NCBI GenBank assembly: GCA_040285855.1 | Contig: JAUFOQ010000017.1 | Location: 248,001 to 312,000 of the forward strand | From: Eukaryota sp. GEM-RC1 | Taxonomy: Eukaryota | DNA: 64,000 nucleotides | Direction: 5' to 3' | Part shown: piece after piece, positions 63,047 to 64,000 of the stretch | Layout: every line of letters begins with the position of its first letter | Numbering within the stretch: the stretch's first letter is position 1 | Translations under genes and position numbers: made by a program | Notes under the pieces: generated by a model | Databases searched by the model: none | Told to the model about the DNA's origin: nothing | What the model saw: only the letters and a program-made list of their open reading frames with translations

Positions 63047-63726
63047 CAGGGATTGGAAAAATATATTTATATTGCAATATATTGCAATAAGTACAATAAC
63101 AATATGGTATTGTTGGTACATAAACAATAGCAATATCATATTGTTGGTGCATGTACAATAACAATATATTGCAATATATTGATGTGTTATTGTTAGAGAA
63201 AAATTGATACATCAGTGTTTTATAGAATCTTTGCGGGATAAAACAGTATCCATTAGAATAGACTTCGCTTTCTGAAGAAGCAGGAAACTAAACAAGACCT
63301 TACAGTGAGTTCTACAATCGCCTTCGACTGTCAACTTATTGTTTCCAAGCACCAGCAATTCCAAGTACATTGACTTTCAGTCGTTCATCCTTCCGCCAAT
63401 GAAGTTGAGAGGCTCTTCAGTCACACTAAACTCACTTTAGGTTGTATATGACATGTTTTAGATCAGTTTATCATATAAAAACAATAGTTCTTGCTCTACA
63501 ATCCTGCTTTCTGGAATGAAAGTACATCTGGCAGAATTTTCAACTCGTCGAAAGAAGTGGTGTCACAAATAAACTCCGTAATGTTTGTATTTTCGAATAT
63601 TGCAATATATTGTCCATAAGTATTTATACATTGTTCACAATAACAATATCCTATTGTTCCAGTTCTCTTATTGTCAATAAATATTGTTGGTGGACAATAA
63701 ATATAAATATATTTTTCCAACCCCTG
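63047..63726. mobile_element. non-autonomous hAT element (680 bp) with non-transposase internal cargo
   Basis: TIR CAGGG(A/G)TTGGAAAAATATATTTATATT, TSD AGTGAAAT (63039-46 and 63727-34), TATTGCAATAT subterminal repeats. Confidence 0.9.
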
Positions 63727-64000
63727 AGTGAAATTCATGAGAATAGAAATATTTGCAGCTGCAAGCCGGCTGGCTAAAAATATTTTTAGCCGGCTCAAGC
63801 CGAATATTTTAGGTTCTGTGAAAACATAGCTAATAACGAACGAATAATGAATTTAGAAATCGCAAATAATGATTTACAGCGCTTATCAGAACAGTTTAGG
63901 GCTACTAATGTTTATCAACGTTCGAGAAACAATGGAATTGGTGAATATAGTTGATATGTGTCGAATAATTGCCCTACTGTTTTTCTTGAGGGTACTGATA

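Noticed and set aside
63760..63805. GCCGGC cluster
   Set aside because: Resembles the subterminal repeats of the 59189 hAT family but has no TIR or TSD; probably a remnant.
1..64000. Alternative genetic code (stop-codon reassignment) as the cause of split genes
   Set aside because: The breaks change reading frame, and TAA, TAG and TGA all end intact conserved genes.

Overview
This is eukaryotic nuclear DNA, not prokaryotic. It is AT-rich and gene-dense, uses the standard genetic code, and looks like a compact protist genome: head-to-head genes 33-61 bp apart and rare ~30-nt GT-AG introns. A free-living flagellate such as a metamonad fits, but that is inference only. Recognisable genes are Sly1/SCFD1, an Aquarius-like helicase, a clear CatSper2-like Ca2+ channel subunit, RPAP3, an archaeal-type radical SAM/SPASM enzyme, QTRT2, a METTL21-like methyltransferase, RidA, a GPKOW/Spp2-like protein, LSG1, DDX10, RRP7, RPA1 and a Sec6-like protein. 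Intergenic islands are filled with decayed CRE-like non-LTR retrotransposons, seven hAT-type elements with 8-bp TSDs (one a 5.1-kb composite carrying retroelement cargo) and two TA-flanked MITEs. About 20 single-base frameshifts, nearly all at homopolymer runs, break conserved genes and are most likely long-read consensus errors. The best leads are the CatSper2 orthologue, a secreted two-domain Cys-rich peptide precursor between twin retroelement copies, the cargo-carrying hATs and the rSAM/SPASM enzyme. All family assignments come from recalled motifs; no searches were run.
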